Shown here: positions 24,727-28,296 of the stretch, in pieces
How the letters are laid out: each line of letters opens with the position of its first letter
Numbering within the stretch: the stretch's first letter is position 1
Notes under the pieces: generated by a model
Database searches by the model: none
What the model saw: the letters and a program-made list of their open reading frames with translations, nothing else
Told to the model about the DNA's origin: nothing
IMG/VR virus record: IMGVR_UViG_3300030372_000439
Location: 1 to 28,296 of that record
DNA: 28,296 bases
Reading direction: 5' to 3' (one strand)
Origin: a virus
Lineage: Duplodnaviria > Caudoviricetes
Position numbers and translations under genes: made by a program

Positions 24727-27105
24727 TTAGGCAAAGTAGTAGTCAGAATCTAGGATATTACGAATATCAATAGACCCTAACTTTGGAACATCAGGTAGTA
24801 CAACTCCAACAGGGAGCTGACTTTCAATTTGTGTTTTAAACATAGTCAGTTGACAATCAGAAAAAATATCAACCGTAGCTTGTCTTAGTGAAGTAGCAAG
24901 TATGCCACTATCTACAGCATTGGTCGCATAGCTATCGTGGACCATACTGTATTCTGTTATACCATTTGCTTTCGCTATGTTTATAGTTCTAAACAATAAC
25001 GCTTTGTCTTGGCTATGCACAAAGTTAGGGCAAATACCATTTACATTTTTACGATGAGAGATTTGACCAGTCGCATAGTTAATCCTGTGTCTTCTAATCG
25101 TATCACCAATACTTGTCTTTATTTCTTTCGAGGCTTGCTTAGAATACTTTTGGTTGACAATAAATCCATCACTAGTAATCCAACGTGGAGTAATTCCATT
25201 TTGTAAACAAACCTTTGTAACATCTTGTAACCATTGCATCCCTACCTTTGCACCAGTCACTACGTCATCAATAGCATCCCACACAAAGTTCGATAAGAAG
25301 TTACAGGGTTTATAAAACTGTGGACTGAAAGGATTCTCTCGGTCACCTATTTTTACTTCTTCAAAAAACCAATCAGTTACATATTCTTTACAAGAGTGAC
25401 GACTAAGACTGTAGGGTACACACATCGTAGGACGCTTGGCTACCTTACGATCTATCCCAAACTCTAACCAAGTTCTAGCCATAGGATCATCACTTGCTTT
25501 TAATCTTTCAATACATCTATTAGCGACTAACTGATACAAATCTTTAGGGCTATCCGATGGTAGTACATTAGTAGCATAGCAACCTTGTTCATCATGTAAC
25601 ATAATACTATACAGTTGTAATCCTTGGTTACTTGCATCTTGAGCTACTGGTACTCTTGTTCTAGTTCCATAACCATTCTCAAAGAACTCTGCAAGTTCTA
25701 AACAAGACGCTAAGAATTGCCAGGGCTTGTCAGCATTGGTCCATTGATTGTTTTCTAAAGGATCTTTATGTATAGCTTTAAATAGATCACGGTTACTAAA
25801 TACCCAATCTAATCTTTCCTTAAATGGTTTTTTATCAAGTCCCCAACAATTAGCTGTATGTATACCTAACCAATGCACATGGTCTTCGCTCTTTATTTCT
25901 TTACCTTCGTAAAACTGTAACAATCCTTTACTTTGATCATTACCCATTTGAGATAAATAAACTGGTGTGTCGTAACACCTACCTCTCCAGTCTAAAGTTT
26001 TAGGGAAATACAAAGGGTAATTAATAAATTTATCTGCTAAGAATAAAACTTTAGCAAGTTGTAATCTTTTAGAGCGATCTGCTTGGTTAATAATATGAAT
26101 GTCTCTAGCTTGTCTCTTCCATAACTTAATAGCTTCATCATCACCTTCAGGAAACACAGGCATCTCTATATCATTAGCTCTTGGTAAGACACCATGATCG
26201 TTGTTGGTTTCCCAAAAGTATTTCATTACTTGGTAGACATCATCATTAATACTAAACTTTGTGTTCTGCATAGTGTTCACGGCGTTGTACACTTCAGGCA
26301 TTTCACAATTGTTTAGTTCTTCAAGTATGTCTTTGTTGTAAGTTTTTACCATCGGTCTTCTTGTTACGATCTCATTCGGATACCCGCCGTCAAACAATGA
26401 AGTCCAATCTTTAGGTGGAACAATCGTAGGCATATAGACTGGTGTAAGTATTTCATGTTGAGCATGAGATTCTTTCAGCCAATCTAATAAGTCTTGCGTA
26501 GGCTCTACAATAGTGTGGCTTCTATTAAATACATTGGTAATAGTTTTTATTTCAATGAGTCCTGTACTGATTCGCATAAGCTCGACTAAAACTAAACCAC
26601 AAGCAGTCGCATCACCTTTACTCCATCTTGGTATTGGCAACCCTCGGTGCTTGGCGGTCTTCGTTAAGAATTTTATTTTAGCTTGGTATCCCTTGGTTGA
26701 CTTCATTCTTCCTTCAATGTCAGCCCAATGTTCAGGGTAGTTGTTCTTCATACGACCAAACCTATGCTCATCCTCCATGTACTGACCGATCTTAATAGCT
26801 ATATTCGTTAGGCTTCTTCTCTGACTGATACCATCCAGTACAATACGACAAGCAAGACCACAGATTAAATCATTAGGTAGCAACTCAAAGTATGGCAATA
26901 CTCTGTGCTTACGTCCTGCTGAAGTCTGAGCTTGGGTCTTCCATCGTTGTAATTCTTTTTCTAATTGGTCTATGGATTTGCTAAGAAGGTACTTAGAGGC
27001 TGTACCGTAGGTTTCAAGTTCTTGTTGTTTAGCACGAAGAATGGTCTTCCAGTATCGCTCTTTACCCATAGCGATCATCTGCGTGTCTAAATCCGTTTGT
27101 TTCAT
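24727..27105 (-). CDS. Single-subunit DNA-directed RNA polymerase (T7 gp1-like)
   Basis: PTIVPPKDW...GGY, DWRGRCY, motif A QDASNQGLQ, motif B R.VAKRPTM..PY, PNFVHSQD, motif C VHDSY and C-terminal YYFA. Confidence 0.97.
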   Translation of the reverse strand: MKQTDLDTQMIAMGKERYWKTILRAKQQELETYGTASKYLLSKSIDQLEKELQRWKTQAQTSAGRKHRVLPYFELLPNDLICGLACRIVLDGISQRRSLTNIAIKIGQYMEDEHRFGRMKNNYPEHWADIEGRMKSTKGYQAKIKFLTKTAKHRGLPIPRWSKGDATACGLVLVELMRISTGLIEIKTITNVFNRSHTIVEPTQDLLDWLKESHAQHEILTPVYMPTIVPPKDWTSLFDGGYPNEIVTRRPMVKTYNKDILEELNNCEMPEVYNAVNTMQNTKFSINDDVYQVMKYFWETNNDHGVLPRANDIEMPVFPEGDDEAIKLWKRQARDIHIINQADRSKRLQLAKVLFLADKFINYPLYFPKTLDWRGRCYDTPVYLSQMGNDQSKGLLQFYEGKEIKSEDHVHWLGIHTANCWGLDKKPFKERLDWVFSNRDLFKAIHKDPLENNQWTNADKPWQFLASCLELAEFFENGYGTRTRVPVAQDASNQGLQLYSIMLHDEQGCYATNVLPSDSPKDLYQLVANRCIERLKASDDPMARTWLEFGIDRKVAKRPTMCVPYSLSRHSCKEYVTDWFFEEVKIGDRENPFSPQFYKPCNFLSNFVWDAIDDVVTGAKVGMQWLQDVTKVCLQNGITPRWITSDGFIVNQKYSKQASKEIKTSIGDTIRRHRINYATGQISHRKNVNGICPNFVHSQDKALLFRTINIAKANGITEYSMVHDSYATNAVDSGILATSLRQATVDIFSDCQLTMFKTQIESQLPVGVVLPDVPKLGSIDIRNILDSDYYFA

Positions 27106-27132
27106 AGAGCTTCCCTGCTTTATATCAGTATA

Positions 27133-28098
27133 TCAAAGTTTATTAATAGCGTTAACTAAATCTTCCTGTTGCAAATGACTATAACGAACCACCATATTTA
27201 TATCTTTATGTCCACTCAACTGCTGAACAATCCTAAGGTTTACATTCTTCTGGACTAAAGTAGACACAAAGGTATGACGGCAACTGTGTATCTTTGCGTC
27301 TTCCCCTAAGTCTAACAAGCGTTTCATCTTGTCCCACCTTCTGCGTAACTGATCGTAGTCAAGACGAAACATATCAGGGTAACGACTAAAGGTTTCTTTC
27401 ACTCGGTCAGTCATTGGTATGGATCTTGGCATACTGTTCTTGGTGTCTGACAAATGGATCACACCATCTCTTAAATCATTAGGCTTCAAAGAAATTAACT
27501 CTGAACTTCTCATCCCAGTATCCAACAAGATAACAATCATATCTCTAGCTTCTGGATCTATCTCCTGGAGAGTCTTTAAGATTAGTTCTTGTTCCTGTAC
27601 TGTAAACCAACGCATTCTCCCTGGAGGTTCTTTAAGTCTCTTCGGAAAGTTAGGCATAGCAGGTATGACACCAAGATCATACGCCGTCTTACAAATAACC
27701 CTGAGATTACTTAGTTTCTTATTGATGGTACTTGGTGAATTACCCTCCTGATCTCTTAGGTACAGGACTAAATTGTCTATCGACTCACGGTCTAATAGGT
27801 TTAACGCATAGTCCTCCCCAAAGTAATGCAAGAGAGACTTTGTGTTACACCAAGTTTTTAACTCAGACTTTGTATTCTTCCATTGAGATTGATAAGTCCA
27901 TTCAGCCATTTTACCCAATGAATCACATAAGAAATTACCCTTAGAAGACTTGAAGTGTTGACGCTTACCTGCCAACAACTGAGCTTTCGTTTGGGCTTCC
28001 CAGAGCTTCGCTGAGTCTAACGATTGAAAAGACTTGCGGTATCTCTTTCGGTTATGAGTAAAATCTACACGGTAAGAATTATTTTTTAATTTGATCAT
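27133..28098 (-). CDS. int: Tyrosine integrase
   Basis: DTGMRSSE (R), TKN (K), HSCRH, GHKDINMVVRY (H, Y). ATG at 28098 with GGAGG RBS at 28103-28107 is preferred over 28161. Basic N-terminal arm-binding-like region (YRVDF....KRYRKSF). Confidence 0.93.
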   Translation of the reverse strand: MIKLKNNSYRVDFTHNRKRYRKSFQSLDSAKLWEAQTKAQLLAGKRQHFKSSKGNFLCDSLGKMAEWTYQSQWKNTKSELKTWCNTKSLLHYFGEDYALNLLDRESIDNLVLYLRDQEGNSPSTINKKLSNLRVICKTAYDLGVIPAMPNFPKRLKEPPGRMRWFTVQEQELILKTLQEIDPEARDMIVILLDTGMRSSELISLKPNDLRDGVIHLSDTKNSMPRSIPMTDRVKETFSRYPDMFRLDYDQLRRRWDKMKRLLDLGEDAKIHSCRHTFVSTLVQKNVNLRIVQQLSGHKDINMVVRYSHLQQEDLVNAINKL

Positions 28099-28109
28099 TG
28101 ATCCTCCAG

Positions 28110-28190
28110 TCACGACTAAATTAACCTGCGGATTCCCATTTGTCAACCGATAAGAATACATTCACGACTAAAATTATGGTCACGACTAAA
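28110..28190. repeat. Three exact copies of TCACGACTAAA (28110-28120, 28162-28172, 28180-28190)
   Basis: Direct repeats read from the sequence. The TCACGACTA core recurs in the adjacent tandem array. Confidence 0.9.
28118..28146 (-). promoter_or_regulatory. Putative host sigma70 promoter for the int-RNAP operon
   Basis: Perfect TTGACA (28146-28141), a 17-nt spacer and TAATTT (28123-28118), directly upstream of the int RBS. Confidence 0.6.
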
Positions 28191-28191
28191 A

Positions 28192-28296
28192 ACTATCATT
28201 AACTATCACGACTATCATCACTATCACGACTATCATCACTATCACGACTATCATCACTATCACGACTATCATCACTATCACAACTATCATCACTAT
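28192..28296. repeat. Tandem array of alternating 9-mers ACTATCACG/ACTATCATC (18-bp period, >5 periods), running off the window end
   Basis: 28202-28296 reads (ACTATCACG ACTATCATC)x4, ACTATCACA, ACTATCATC, ACTAT. It is preceded by a degenerate ACTATCATT. Confidence 0.95.

Noticed and set aside
343-27751. Numerous plus-strand ORFs of 60-125 aa in the ORF track
   Set aside because: All are antisense shadows of well-supported minus-strand genes, with no recognisable motifs.
28099-28161. Longer integrase start at 28161
   Set aside because: The ATG at 28098 has a GGAGG RBS, and the extension overlaps the putative promoter and repeats.
28207-28260. ACGACT...CACTAT resembles the T7 promoter (TAATACGACTCACTATAG)
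   Set aside because: The two half-matches are separated by extra bases, face away from the phage genes, and do not recur before late genes. I could not identify any repeated phage-RNAP promoter consensus by eye.
28192-28296. Possible CRISPR array
   Set aside because: The units are 9/18 bp with no unique spacers, and no cas genes are present.

Overview
The window is most of the genome of a T7-like podovirus (Autographiviridae-type). All credible genes lie on the minus strand, so the genome reads right to left. The order is: 9/18-bp tandem repeat and putative sigma70 promoter; tyrosine integrase; single-subunit RNA polymerase; SSB; RusA-type resolvase; primase-helicase; invertebrate(i)-type lysozyme; small sigma-region-4-like protein; C5 cytosine methyltransferase with a second polypeptide nested in another reading frame; family A DNA polymerase; free-standing LAGLIDADG endonuclease; 5'-3' exonuclease; DUF1599-like protein; portal; scaffold; holin with an overlapping spanin-like pair; major capsid and terminator; tail tubes A/B; internal virion proteins; tail fibre; and a truncated second fibre-like gene. 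The integrase next to RNAP resembles temperate marine podoviruses (pelagiphage/cyanopodovirus layout). No terminase, tRNA or CRISPR is visible. The most notable points are the dual-coded two-polypeptide methyltransferase, the i-type lysozyme, the repeat/operator array over the integrase promoter, and a lysis cassette placed between scaffold and capsid that includes a 59-aa ORF missing from the ORF track. All assignments come from motif recognition by eye, and no database searches were run.
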